A DNA stretch of 63,409 nt, filler included, from Octopus bimaculoides (lineage: Eukaryota), in the NCBI RefSeq assembly GCF_001194135.2. It is 4 parts of 4 records of this genome, joined end to end, with 100 filler letters (N's around TTAATTAATTAA, not from the genome) between each part and the next. Parts side by side here need not be neighbours in the genome. Positions count along the whole stretch, not along the records: positions 1 to 24,661 come from NC_068986.1; positions 24,762 to 53,841 come from NC_068983.1; 2 more parts are not named here. One strand, given 5' to 3'. Within the stretch, counting starts at the first letter, position 1. Every line of letters starts with the position of its first letter. This document shows, one piece after another, positions 14,079-26,606 of the stretch. Both the position numbers and the translations under genes were made by a program. Below the pieces are notes generated by a model, which saw nothing but the letters and a program-made list of their open reading frames with translations, had not been told where the DNA came from and ran no database searches.

Positions 14079-14438
14079 GAACTTCTAAATTGTTGTTTCT
14101 TGAGATCTCTGGGTGAGACTTGGATCCAACTTGTACAAATGCAAAACAAAAGTCAAACATAAAATAATAATAATAATAATAATGGTGGGGGTTTCAAATT
14201 TTAGCACTAGGCCAGCACTTTGGGGGGAGGGATAAGTCGATTACATTGATCCCAGTGTTCAGTTGGTACTTATTTTATCGACCCCGAAAGGATGAAATAC
14301 GAAGTCGACCCCGGCAGAATTTGAACGCAGACATAAAAACGGAGGAAATGNNNNNNNNNNNNNNNNNNNNNNNNNNNNNNNNNNNNNNNNNNNNNNNNNN
14401 NNNNNNNNNNNNNNNNNNNNNNNNNNNNNNNNNNNNNN

Positions 14439-14520
<82 letters not shown>

Positions 14521-14604
14521 AAAGAAGAAGAAGAAGAAGAAGAAGAAGAAGAAGAAGAAGAAGAGGAGGAAGAAGGGGAAGAAGAAGAAGAGGAAGGAGG
14601 GGAA

Positions 14605-14666
<62 letters not shown>

Positions 14667-14707
14667 AGAAGAAGACGAAGAAGAAGAAGAAGAGGAAGAA
14701 GAAGAAT

Positions 14708-14765
<58 letters not shown>

Positions 14766-14800
14766 AGAGGAAGAAGAAGAAGAGGAAGAAGAAGAGGAAG
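14439..14800. repeat. (AAT)n followed by long (GAA/GAG)n purine tract
   Basis: AAT run 14439-14517, then GAA/GAG to about 14800; poly-N/K/R/L ORFs are artefacts. Confidence 0.95.
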
Positions 14801-14834
14801 AAATATATTCACAGACACGACGTAATAATAATAA

Positions 14835-15431
14835 GAAGGAATATATTCACAGACACGACAGAGTTGGGACCTATATTCACTAGAAGCTATGCCAACATTA
14901 TGGAATAACCACAGAAAAAAGATGGTATGGGCACACGCCAGAAAAGGACACAGAAAATGAGAAAGCAGCCATAGTCTGGGATATGTCATTATACACAGAC
15001 AGAGAAATTAAGGCCAATACGCCGGATATAGTTGTCAGAGATCACCAAGAAAAACAAATGTTTTCTAATCGATGTATCAATGTCAACAGATGACAATGTC
15101 TCTCTAAAAGAAACGGAGAAACTTTCAAAATACAAAGGTCTGGAAATAGAGGTAACTCGAATGTTGAGTTTAAAAACAGAAAGAAATCCTATCACAGTAG
15201 GCGCATTAGGTATGATAAAAAATTATCCAGACAAATACTTAACAAAAACAGAAGGTCTAACAAGTAAATGCAGCATACAGGAAATAGCATTACTAGGCAC
15301 TGTACATATCCTACATAAAACACATTCAATACAGTGAAAATAAGAGCATCGCAACAAACCACAGCATATACCTAAAGCACACAGAGCTGCACTCGGAAGT
15401 GCAGTGAAAGCACGTGATAAAAATAAGACTA

Positions 15432-15434
<3 letters not shown>
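14835..15434 (+). mobile_element. 5'-truncated R4/Dong-like non-LTR retrotransposon (REL endonuclease end)
   Basis: EYIHRHDRVGTYIH*KLCQHY..WY.H.PE..IVWDMSLYTDREIKANTPDIVV..LIDVSM..KETEKLSKYKGL..PITVGALG; flanked by (TAA)n on both sides. Confidence 0.85.

Positions 15435-15488
<54 letters not shown>
15435..15488. repeat. (AAT)n microsatellite at the 3' end of the Dong-like element
   Basis: Direct reading. Confidence 0.95.
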
Positions 15489-15490
<2 letters not shown>

Positions 15491-16554
15491 ACGCCATAAT
15501 GCAGTACCAATCTGTGGCTCTCTGATCTTAAATGATCATGAGTGTTATCATGTACATGTTTTGTCTTGGTATAAAAGATTTTTTACAGCAAATATTCTGG
15601 TCGATACCACAGATTTGGTTGTCAGTTTCTTGACCTTAACCAGTTGAGCATTTCCCTTAGTGGATGACAATATGTGCATCTCTGATCACGAGCAGAAGTA
15701 GTGGGGAAGCATCATAGCCATGTGTTGAGAGGAATGGAATTCTTTGGGAGTTTGAATACTTTCCCCCTGAAGACATGGGTGTTTCGCGCACATACGGTTG
15801 TGATGCATGCGCCTGGTGTATCCTTATCAGGTAGGTAGTCATGTGGTTATATTGGGCTTCGTATATTTGTACTCAATAATAATAATAATAATAATAATGC
15901 TTTAAATACCAATCTGTACGTATTTTGACAAAGTAAAATAAAATATATAACCTAGTTATGATGAGATGAAATCTAATATTAAGCAAAAAGGCTTTTTCTG
16001 TCTCGTATTGCACACTACATAGTAGTACAAATGTTATCAGCCATATTTTACATGTGTCTTCAATATACATATGTGCAGCTGATAAATAAACAAAGAAATC
16101 ATGACTAAAAATACACACACACACACATAGTGCGAGTAGTTATTCAGAAAGAAAATAAGCATGAAATGCGGTTTGCAAAATTTACGCGTGTCACTTTTTC
16201 CGTATTTATTCTGTGAGGTGATGACACAGATTTAAGAGACGTTTACATAAAAATTGCTGATCTATATAGAGAACAAGAAGAACTACAACAATATTAATAC
16301 GTACGTACATGTACATACGTATTAAACAAAAAGTTAACAATGAATATTATTGATGTATTAGATCTATACTGAAAACATAACTCAGTTCCAAAATATGAGA
16401 TTATAGGCAACAGTATTCAGTTCAGTAATTTACCGTTAGACAATTTTCATCAGAGATTAGAATAAATTAGACTAGACCGGAAGAGAAGAAAAATAATATC
16501 AACACTCAGAGAACGCAAGCCTCCGTCAAGGCTACACCAACGTCCTCTCAACGA

Positions 16555-16865
16555 TTAACCAGAGATGATTTTTAAAATGAGAATATCTGAAATAAACTTG
16601 ACTGCTCTCACAAACGAGAACACTAAAAATGAACTCGACCGCTCTCAAAACTTAAGTAAAAAGAAAAAAGAAAAGAAAAAGAATCCAGAATCTTTGTCCG
16701 GTACCGGATCGATTCCAAAACTTAATTATTTCGTGCCAGTAACGAGTGCAAACATCCCTGAAATTTTCATCCGAATCCATCCAGCGGTTCTTAAGATATC
16801 TTGTCCACGGACAAACAAACACGACTGAAAAACAATGCATCCGCCTTCGCTAAGGCGGAGATAAT
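16555..16865 (+). mobile_element. Candidate non-autonomous Helentron/HINE-like element
   Basis: Terminal hairpin TCCGCCTT-CGCT-AAGGCGGA (16840-16859) preceded by ACAAACAAAC; 5' boundary is a guess. Confidence 0.4.
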
Positions 16866-17169
16866 AAGAGTATTTAGTACTCCCTATACAGATCTTTGTA
16901 CACTCTCAAATAATTTAGCGCTTAAGAATAAACATAAAAATAACTATTTGAGAATGCAGAAAGAGATGATGTATTTAGTGGTTCTACATGAACTTATAAC
17001 AATCTTATAGCTTTCAAATTGAGAAATTTCCACGGGTGCTGCTAGTAATAGCTGATCTTTAGCTCCTGCTGATGACAGTATACATGAGTATAAATAAATT
17101 TTATGAAACTAGAAGAATGTACGAAAAGGCAAACGAGTTACACGTGTAGTTTGAAATTAGATCTATCTT

Positions 17170-17460
17170 GGAAGCGGAGGGGCAATGAAAAAAGTACCAG
17201 TTGAACACCGAAGATCAATGTAACCGACTATTCCACTCGCCCCAAATTTCAGGCCTTGTGCCTAGAATAGAAAGCATTATTAATGCTTCGCGGCATTTCG
17301 TCCGTCTTTACGTTCTAAGTTCATATTCTGCCGAGGTCGACTTTGCCTTTCATCCTTTCGGAGTCGATAAATTAATTACCAGTTAAACACTGGGGTCCAA
17401 TGTGGTTGACTACTCCTCTTCCCATAAATTTCAGGCCTTGTGCCTTTAGTAGAAAGGATT
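17170..17460 (+). mobile_element. Two adjacent partial copies of abundant SINE (type C)
   Basis: TTTACGTTCTAAGTTCATATTC..GAGGTCGACTTTGCCTTTCATCCTTTCGG..AATTTCAGGCCTTGTGCCT; many other copies (e.g. about 8400, 14250, 23400, 43100, 54100, 59350). Confidence 0.8.
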
Positions 17461-17467
17461 ATTATAA

Positions 17468-17520
<53 letters not shown>

Positions 17521-17675
17521 GTTGCTGTTGTTATTATTGTCGTTGTTATTATTATTACTGTTATTATTATTGTTGTTGTTGTTGTTATTGTTGTTGTTGT
17601 TGTTGTTGTCGTCGTCGTTGTCGTCGTCACCATCACCATCACCATCATCATCATCTTCACCATCATCATCGTCAT
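17460..17675. repeat. Compound trinucleotide microsatellite ATT-GTT-GTC-ACC/ATC
   Basis: Direct reading. Confidence 0.95.
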
Positions 17676-18029
17676 AAGTAAACAAAATGCTATTACATGA
17701 TAATTTAATTAGCAGATACGTAATCCCGAAGATTGTTGGCAGCAAGTCTCCTCAAATCTCAAAAGCCTTTCTTAGGATTGCCACAGACTACATGATGGCA
17801 GGCCGACACTATGCGTCTCAAACTCTACGTATGTCCTTCAACCTGTTTCACATCTCATTGGGAGTTGTGCCGAATGCTCAAATTATCATGGGAGTAATTT
17901 TCACTCTTGTATTTCGCAATCTTTTCATTTCACTAAGTCTTGATATTCCTCAAACTTCTATAGTTTCCTCGCTTTTCACTCTGCTATCATATGGTATTGC
18001 AGAGTCTATGATCTTTTCACTGATTCTGT

Positions 18030-18175
18030 TTGTGCATGTATGTGTGCGCATTTTGTAAGTGTGTGTGTTTGTGTGTGTGTATGTGTGTGTGTTTGTGTGT
18101 GTGTATATTTGTGCGTTTATGTGTGTTTGTGTGTTTGTGCGTGTGCGTGTTTGTGTTTGTGTGTGTGTTTGTGTT

Positions 18176-18206
<31 letters not shown>

Positions 18207-18325
18207 TTTTATGCGCGTGTGAGAGTGTATGTGTGTGTGTTTGTGTGTGTGTGTGTTTGTGTGCGTGTGTTTGTTTGTGTGTGTGTGTGTTTGTGTGTGT
18301 GTGTTTGTGCGCGTGTGTGTTTGTA

Positions 18326-18356
<31 letters not shown>

Positions 18357-18385
18357 GTGTTTGTGCGTGTGTGTGTGTGTGTGCA
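18030..18385. repeat. Degenerate (GT)n/(GTTT) tract
   Basis: Direct reading; similar tracts at about 8039-8110, 9050-9480, 19640-20150, 20880-21470, 23990-24500, 57090-57430, 61260-62500. Confidence 0.95.
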
Positions 18386-18879
18386 TCTCCGATCGTTTCT
18401 GATCTCTTTATTTCAGTATTATGTTCAGTCATAATGGCGAAATTCCATAAAATCCTGTAATTATCACTCGTCACTACAGTTTCCGGTTTCAGTTCATGCT
18501 ATTTCTTCCAAACTTTCCTTTTTTTAAGCTATACAACAACGATAGAGCGACCACATGGTAAATTGCTCACCTAAAAATAGCAGTCTGATTTAGATAATAC
18601 TGCACATTACATTTTGAGAATAGGATAGCTTTGATAAATTGATCCTGGATTTACTGTGCATAGGAAGAAAAAAAACGACGGAATGATCAAGATTAGTATA
18701 CCTTTAATTATATGTAAATCTGCTTCAGCAGGGCTGTCATGGAACTGGACAACATTTGCAATAACAACAACAACAACAACAGCAACCAAAACTACCACAA
18801 GCGGACAAACAAAGCAGCCATGCACTCAACAGTCAACAGCGTTGGAGAGCATAAAGATTAGAGCTGTATTTGAGAACAA

Positions 18880-19631
18880 GGTAGGTAACATGAAGGGTTT
18901 GGAAGCCATCTGACGATTGGAAAAGCGTTACGTGTATCACAATGATTCGTGCCAGGAATCAAAATGCCGATATTTTGATTACTCCTTTATGCTCTCTGAA
19001 CACTGTAAGGGGAATAAGGGCTGCAACGGATACTACGAAGCCGTCGTCAGAAAAGAAAGGATATAGCAGACCTTCTGACTGCCTCCACGCATCAGAATTC
19101 ATCCTCGAATATTTTAATAAGGCCTTCGACTCAGTTCAGACGGCTCTGTGAAGCTTGTGGAGGTTGGTCAATCCCTGCCTGGAGAGAGTTGTTGCTGAAA
19201 GTCTATGTTTAAGAGGAGGATTCGGCTCTTTGTCATTCCTCCAGAAAGTCATATGTGGTTGTCGGAGAATTTCTATGACCTCGCCCGCCCCAATTTTTGG
19301 CCTCTTAATTCCTCCGATTGTAACCTCATAAATTAGTATGTGCAGGGTGCTGTTGAGAAGGACACAACCAAAGCCGAGCTGGTGGCTAAGATCACGTATG
19401 TATTCGAAGATCTTCCAAGGGATACGGTGAGGAACGCATGCGCGCCAAGTTCTGGAATCTTTTTGAAGCTGTAATGGAAACTGAGGACGGCTATTTAGAG
19501 TAAGCTGTTGTCTCCCACCCATAATCTAGTTGATATATTCATGATTTTTAAAAGATGCTTTTATTTCGGGGATGGGATATTAAGTTTGTTTTCCTTTTAT
19601 GCAAACTGTTAAATTTAGCCCGAACACCCTG
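18880..19631 (+). mobile_element. maT-like (DD37D) Tc1/mariner remnant
   Basis: WLSENFYDLARPNFWPLNSSDCNLIN*YV..AVEK..KAELVAKIT; 3' TIR ..AATTTAGCCCGAACACCCTG followed by TA; same family as 49723-50566. Confidence 0.75.
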
Positions 19632-20327
19632 TATATAAATGCACGACTACAGGCATACACGTACATATACACGCATGCACATACACGCGTACACGTACGC
19701 ACATATATTCACAAACACACATACACATATTTCACTCATTCAAACATACACTACACCATACACACATCATTCGCTACAGAGCACCTCAACATATACATAC
19801 ATACACTTTCACACAATTCAACACACACACGACAAATGCTGCAGCATACACATACACAAAACAACATGCGTATACAGCAACCGTATACACAACACAGCAT
19901 ATACATACACATGTATCTTATTATATATATATATATATATATATATACCACAACATAGACACATCCCACGTACACACACGGAGTATAATTTAACATACAC
20001 GAAGACACACACACACCATACACATAACACTCTATACATACACAACACACCAAACACACAGCTCACTATACTCACACGCACACTCACACACACACACATA
20101 CGGACACACACACATGCTAACATACACACAGCCTTGCCTGCAATTCCTTAATATTTTGCCTCAGCGTGTAGTAGAACCGCCGCTCATCTCAAGAATTCCA
20201 TTCATCAATGAAATTTTGATCCTAATTGAAATAAATGTATATATTATATTTTGTTGCATTTTTATTTATTCATTTGAACATCATCATCATCATATCATCA
20301 TCATCATCATCATCATCATTATTATTG

Positions 20328-20379
<52 letters not shown>

Positions 20380-20939
20380 GATAGTTAATGGCGCTTGTTA
20401 CTAGTTGTATTATCATCATTGCAATCAATATCATCGTTTATTATTACATTGTTATTATTATTATTATTATCATTATTATTATTATTATTATTGTTGTTGT
20501 TGTTGTTGTTCTTCTTCTTCTTCTTGTTATTATTATTTCACTTTTAATACAGAAATATGTTTATTACCTTAATGCAATTACCAGGGAACTATAAGTCATT
20601 CGATACAGCTCCATCAGATGATGTGGCAAGCCTTGCGAAAACGAAACAACACGATCAAAATATAAAGAAAGGATTAAAAACAGAAAGAAAGAAAGAAAGA
20701 AAGAAAGAATACAAAAACAAAAGCCACACCAACACCAATAGCAAGAACATCAACAGCCATAGCAACAATGACAACAAGAGCAATAACAGGAACACCGTGC
20801 ACGAGTGGGTGTGGGTGAGAGAGAGAGAGAGAGAGAGAGGGGGGAAGAAGAAGAGGAAGAGAAGAGAAAGATAGTACGTGTGGCGTGTGTGTGTTAGTGG
20901 CATGTTTGTGTGTGTGTATGTGTGTGTGTGTGCGCGCGC

Positions 20940-20973
<34 letters not shown>

Positions 20974-21064
20974 TCTGTGTTTGTGTATAACGTTACTGAT
21001 GTACCACGAAATCTGTAAGTTATATCAAACATATATATTGGTCTTGTTTATGTGCATGTATGTG

Positions 21065-21122
<58 letters not shown>

Positions 21123-21421
21123 CATGCATATGCGTACACACATATATGCTTACCAACTTAGATATACACATACATATATATGTCTACGTTTAGTGTGTGT
21201 ACTTAGATGTATTTATATACATGTGTAACATATANNNNNNNNNNATAAATACTATATACATATACATAGGCTTATCGACATATGCATTTTTATGTATATA
21301 TACATATACATTTACAAATGCGGTGTGTATGTGTGCATGCGAGCGAGTGTCTGTCAGCACTTTTGCATTAGTTTGTGTAAGTTTGTGTGTATGTATGCGT
21401 GTTTGTGCATGCGCCTGTGTT

Positions 21422-21459
<38 letters not shown>

Positions 21460-21871
21460 CGTGCGTGACTAAATTTTGAACAAAGATTTATGTTTCAATA
21501 ACATTAATATCTCCTTTTAATTTCATCATTCTGTCAGTGATAAAATACTTCAACGCAAGACATACACCCCTGTTGTGAGAAAGAATCGGTGTTATGGTTT
21601 CAGACCTGGGATTGAAATCATCTCACTTCTCTTCAGATGCTACAGCATTTCAAAAAATACATTAACGTCACATAATTCCATTTTTACGTTAATTGAAGTA
21701 ATTGGGAATTGCAGGCCATGAGGTTTGTCTTTCTCAAAAGCATTAATTAGCGATGTACGTATGTGAAATAAAGTCACTCTCACGGTGCTGCAACACCTAG
21801 ATTCCCACTTGATCGCAGGAATGGTTACCTCTTACAGTTTTGTCGATTAATATTTAAATAGATATGATATT

Positions 21872-22712
21872 TCGTCTGTCGTGAGTTCAAATTCCGCTGA
21901 GGTCGACCTTGCCTTTCATCCTTTCGGGAACGATAAATTAAGTACCAGTTGCGTACTGGAGTCGATCTAATCGATTGACCCCTCCCCGGAAAATTTCCGG
22001 CCTTGTGCCTACAGTAGAAAAGAATATTTAAATAGACATAAAACCGTGAGCTGGCAGAATCGTTAACGCGCCGGGCAAAAAGCTTAGCGGTATTTCGCCA
22101 CTTTTTATGTTCTGTGTTCAAATTCCGCCGAGGTCGTCTTTGCCTTTCATCATTTCGGGATCGATAAAATAAATGCTAGTTGAACACTGGAGTGGATGTA
22201 ATCGATTAGCCCCCATCCCTCAAATGTCAGGCCTTGTGCCTGTTGTAGAAAAAAATATTTAAATACATATAAAGCGGCAAGCTGGCAGAATCGTTAACAT
22301 CCTGGGCAAAAGTCTTTGCGACATTTCGACTGTCTTTACGTTGTGTTCGAATTCCGCCAAGGTCGACTTTGCCTTTATCTTTATCGGGGTCAATAAAATA
22401 AGTGCCAGTTGATTACTGAGGTCAATGTAATCGATTCACCTCTCTCCCGAAATTGCTGGCCTTGTGTCAAAATTTGAAATCAATATAGAAAAAGGCGTTG
22501 GGCTGGCATAATCGTTAGCACGCCGGGAAAAATACTTAATGGCTTTACGCCCGTGTTTACGTTCCGAGTTCAAATGCTGCTGAGGTTAGCTTTGCTTTCA
22601 TCGTTTCAGTGTTGATAACATAAGTATCAGTTTAGTACTAGGGTCGATGTAATCGATTTGTCTCTCCCGAAATTATTGACCTTGTGCCAAAATATGAAAC
22701 CAATGCTTAAAG
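21872..22712 (+). repeat. Head-to-tail array of four type C SINE units (about 220-230 bp)
   Basis: Units start at about 21872 (partial), 22043, 22273 and 22493; each full unit has GCTGGCAGAATCGTTA and a GTTCAAATTCC-like B box. Confidence 0.85.
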
Positions 22713-22833
22713 ACATATATAAAACAACTGACTTGACCCGAGATTATCTGCTGAAACCACAACAATTAAATCCCGAAAGAACCATTCTAAGAATTCACAT
22801 TGAAAAGGAAAAAGATTGCATAATTAATGATCC

Positions 22834-23251
22834 TTTTTTACTCTTTTATCCTCTTACTTATTTCAGTCATTTGACTGTGGTCATGCTGGAACACCGCCTT
22901 AAAAGGTTTTAGTCAAAGAAATCGACCCCGGGACTTATTCTATGTAAGCCTAGTATTTATTCTAACGGTTTCTTTTGCCGAACCGCTACGTTACGGGGAC
23001 ATAAACACAGCAGCATCGTTTCTCAATCGATGGCAGGGAGACAAACACAAAGATACACTAACACATAAATATATACATATATACATACGACGAACTTCTT
23101 TCAGTTTTCGTCCACCAAATCCACTCACAAGGCTCTGATCGGCCGGAGGCTCCAATAGTATTCACTTGTTTTAAGTTCCCCTCAGTGGTACTGTACTTGG
23201 GACCATGTGGTTGGGAAGCAATCTTCTTACCAAACAGCCACGCCTGCGCCT
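22834..23251 (-). mobile_element. Full-length tRNA-derived SINE (type D, CORE-like centre)
   Basis: Head AGGCGCAGGCGTGGCTGTTTGGTAAG, centre related to CCTTGGGCAAGTGTCTT, tail ..GGCGGTGTTCCAGCATGACCACAGTCAAATGACTGAA; other copies at 55475-55625 and tails near 2860, 31400, 38640. Confidence 0.8.
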
Positions 23252-24064
23252 ATACTGTCTACTATTACTAAAAATCTTCATCAAAATTGAAACAGGGATC
23301 ATAGGATCATTTCCATGCTACAGAAATTTTAAGAAATGTTTTGGGGCTATTCGTAGTAGAGAAACAGACGGTAGATCGCCACAATCGATAGTGCTAGACA
23401 AAATGCTTCGTGGCATTATTTTCCAGCTCTTTCTGTCATGAGTTCAAATCTGGCCGAAGTGATAATCGGTCATCCCTCTGGGTTCGATGAAACATAGCAC
23501 AATGAAGTATTGAGATCTATGGCATTGTCTTATTCTCTCCCACAGAATTGTAAGTCTCGTGTCTTAGTCAAAAATAATTTCTGGGAAATAAATGGAAATC
23601 TATATTGTCGATTTCTCTTATAATTTTAATATTTTTTTTTTGTAAGTTAATAAATAAATGTTAAAAAAGTAACACTGCGATGATGTATTTGTTTGATGTA
23701 TACATACATACAAGCACACGCACGCGCCTATGCTCACGTATATATGAAGAAAAGTTCTTGGCAATGTGCTGAGTAGCATCATAATAAAATGAAAATAAAA
23801 ATTAGTTTGAAGTAATTCAGGTACTGGTTCTTTCTATATTTATATACAAATATAAAAACATTTCGAATTCTCCTCAGGGACAGATATTGACTCTGGAGCG
23901 CAAAACAACATCACAAGAAAAAAAACACGATAAAAGGTTTGAAGCAGCATTTCATCTCATTTTCCTTAAGAAAATTCAAAGACTATTTATATCTGTATAT
24001 ACATACATAGATACATACATACATACATACATACATACATACATACATACATACTTATATACAT

Positions 24065-24126
<62 letters not shown>

Positions 24127-24439
24127 GTGTGTGTGTATATTTATATCTGTCTATATACATATACATACAAACAAACATACATACATACATACATTCATAC
24201 ACATAAAGAAGTGATGTCTACATTTGTTCAGAACTTTTTTTCTTTTTATCGTTATAAATATGTACATATTACGTCATATAAGCGCATACATACACACGCA
24301 CATACATATGCACATAAATGTTTATGTATATATATATTTATAACATATATCTATGTACCTATAAATACATATATTTCATTTATACATATACATTTATACA
24401 CAGGTAAGTATATACATATGTGTGTGTGAGAGTGTGTGT

Positions 24440-24476
<37 letters not shown>

Positions 24477-24705
24477 CGTGTGTGTGTGCGCGTGCGTGAT
24501 CAAGAATTTCTATCAAGAAGTTTACTACCCAAGTACATGATCACGGTTTCAGTCCCACTGGAAAATATCCTGACCTATAGACTCGGGTCAACCAAAATTA
24601 TGAGTGAAATTGTGAAATGGTGAACTGAAGAAGCCCATCGTATATATATATATATATATATNNNNNNNNNNNNNNNNNNNNNNNNNNNNNNNNNNNNNNN
24701 NNNNN

Positions 24706-24717
24706 TTAATTAATTAA
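24706..24717. other. Artificial scaffolding spacer TTAATTAATTAA within N44-12-N44
   Basis: Identical 100-bp construct also at 53886-53897 and 60148-60159; the 12-mer has stops in all six frames. Confidence 0.95.
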
Positions 24718-24764
24718 NNNNNNNNNNNNNNNNNNNNNNNNNNNNNNNNNNNNNNNNNNNNGGA

Positions 24765-25089
24765 TGTACACCTGACTTTCCTATATTAAATTAAGAATTA
24801 AACGGAACGCTGAACTCCAAACTATCAACACAAACAACATTTATTCAAGGTGGAAAATATACATCTTTAATCTTGTTTGTTGAGGCGCCTTCTGTGTGTG
24901 AGAACATGGTTGTTGGGACGTTGGTATATTGATGTGAGCTGTCTAGCGTGAGTTCGAAAGATGGAGAGACAGCTAGACACGTCCTTGCTCAATCGCTGGC
25001 CAGCAAGAAAGAGACAGAATAAAGCGGGAAAGCTTGGATGTTGAATTCCACGCATGCGTGAGACTACGCATGCGCACGGCGTTACTACA
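24765..25089 (-). mobile_element. Possible solo LTR
   Basis: TG..CA ends and an AATAAA on the minus strand; no TSD confirmed (gap adjacent). Confidence 0.3.
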
Positions 25090-25590
25090 ATTTCAAACAG
25101 TTGGCTCTCAGTCATGTGCTAGATCAAAGAAAAGATACAAAGACACTCAAGACAACCTTGAAAAAATGTAGCTTAAAGCAGTGTATTTGGGGACATCTTG
25201 TTCGGGGTCACTGACTGTGGTGCAGTGCTGTGAACTCTGGAGTACAGCACTTTGAATCTAATATGAGAAGTTAATGAGATGTGGGCTGCGCGGAAAGCAA
25301 GAGTCCCACCAGGTCTTGGCTTCACTACTATGTGTCTCCATTGTAATTGCGGATTTTATGCCTAAATTTACTAATAAGCCGCCTCAGGACCTATAAAGTG
25401 TAGAGCTGATAACCTGGTCATTTTCAGAAGGAGGAATCTAATGTAAAGCGTAGACGTGAGCACAGCATCAACGACAATGTTGGAATAGATCAACAGTTGT
25501 CGAGCAGATGAAGCAAAGGTCACGGCATTGTTTCGATTCCAGTTTGAAACCTATTCAATTCACTTACTATAGAATATCAATGTAGCATAG

Positions 25591-26229
25591 GGATCTATTT
25601 TAAAACGGGGGCGCCAGTTTTCATTTATGTTTTATGTTGTGCTTTTGGTACGGAAAGACTTTCAAACTTCGTATACTTATCTATTTTGTGTTATAGAACA
25701 GAAAAATATTTTTGTATTCGAATTTATTTCATGTAAAAAATTGTCTTATTTCGATAATTTCTACTAATCACTGACGTCTATTCAGTTGAAAACAGTTAGC
25801 GCTGTAACGGTGTATATCGTATTAATCCCCTAACCCTAACTAGACTGTTAACCGTAACCGTAACCCTAAAACTAACCCTAACTCGAGAATCCGAACTCTA
25901 AAATTGTTACACACATAGATACGCACAGCGTAATTTATCATATAAACAATATATGCGTATAAATTACGATTAAACCGGATGAAATATGTCACAGGGAATA
26001 ACATTTTTATGACCGCCCAGCAGTAAACTCTATTCAGCTGAATAGACGTCAGTGATTGGTTGAAATTACAGAAATACGACAACTTTTACATGGAATAACT
26101 TGCGAATTCCTTTTTTTTGTTAAGAAGGCTAAGAGTAAAAGATGTTTTATATGACACATTCTACCAGTGTCCCAAGTTCCAAAGTGTTTCGTTAAGAAAA
26201 TACTGGCGTCCCCGTTTTAAAATAGATCC
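25591..26229. mobile_element. MITE with GG-start TIRs and 8-bp TSD (Merlin-like)
   Basis: TIR GGATCTATTTTAAAACGGGG[G/A]CGCCAGT at both ends; TSD TAGCATAG at 25583-25590 and 26230-26237. Confidence 0.9.
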
Positions 26230-26606
26230 TAGCATAGTATAATGAATAAATAAAATACATGAAATCGTATAATTTGTATGTAGTATCGCTCTGATACTAG
26301 GCACAAAGTATCCTTCAGTAGTTTATTTATGAGGTTCAACCTGTAGCGTACACTTAAGTAAAACTCCTCTCTATTATATATACAGACATACGAACGTAGT
26401 AGATAACAGCTAGCCTTTGACCGCATTTTGGACCCTGTTGTATCCACTACTCTGATTGATTGGCGCAATTTGTTTCTTGCTTTATCACGTGCCAACATGC
26501 AACCCAACCAATCGCAGGCTTCACATAAGGTCACGTGTGATAGCCTGTTTTCTACCTTAGCTGGGCCTACTACTCCTTATAAAAAACCTTCCTCGTCTCG
26601 AAGTCT

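Noticed and set aside
14246-14989. Long poly-K/R/L/N ORFs resembling protamine or low-complexity proteins
   Set aside because: Made of an N gap plus (AAT)n and (GAA)n microsatellites.
17950-18474. His/Thr- and Cys/Val-rich ORFs (also about 19600-20150, 23887-24429, 61069-62022)
   Set aside because: Dinucleotide and tetranucleotide repeat translations.
21872-22712. CRISPR-like regular repeat array (also 29055-29183)
   Set aside because: Eukaryotic context, no unique spacers between short repeats, no cas genes; units are SINEs or a minisatellite.
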